NCBI GenBank assembly: GCA_046757165.1
Contig: JBHHXT010000131.1
Coordinates: 1 to 12,866 of the forward strand
Reading direction: 5' to 3'
Source of the DNA: a bacterium
Lineage (GTDB): Bacteria; Zhuqueibacterota; Zhuqueibacteria; Oceanimicrobiales; Oceanimicrobiaceae
DNA: 12,866 bases
Part shown: positions 12,826 through 12,866 of the stretch, in pieces
Numbering within the stretch: the stretch's first letter is position 1
Layout of the letters: every line of letters starts with the position of its first letter
Made by a program: the position numbers and the translations under genes
The notes under the pieces: model-generated
The model's input: the letters and a program-made list of their open reading frames with translations, nothing else
Told to the model about the DNA's origin: nothing
The model's database searches: none

Positions 12826-12866
12826 CTGATTTGGGTAAGAATCAAAAGATTCATGAGCCACACTAT

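Overview
Bacterial chromosomal window, probably from an FCB-superphylum lineage such as KSB1, Calditrichota or Ignavibacteria (inferred from the 'QNYPNPFNPST' T9SS-type C-terminal domain, a choice-of-anchor B protein and a GWxTD remnant). It has six credible genes: an uncharacterised two-gene operon (polytopic membrane protein plus vWA/MIDAS lipoprotein) behind a candidate sigma54 promoter, an HLD-II haloalkane dehalogenase, a secreted Asp-box beta-propeller protein with a T9SS CTD, cobalamin-dependent methionine synthase (metH) and an LVIVD/choice-of-anchor B lipoprotein. A decayed GWxTD-domain fragment, absent from the ORF track, lies at 6922-7083. Almost every intergenic region contains nested small repeats: GTAR-type REP hairpins, two unrelated MITEs that each enclose an inverted REP pair, CGCAAAG-type periodic hairpins, and a six-copy fixed-geometry hairpin+YTAR end motif with covarying stems that sits next to different cargo hairpins. 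No transposase, rRNA, tRNA or CRISPR array is visible. All assignments come from reading the sequence by eye; no database searches were run.
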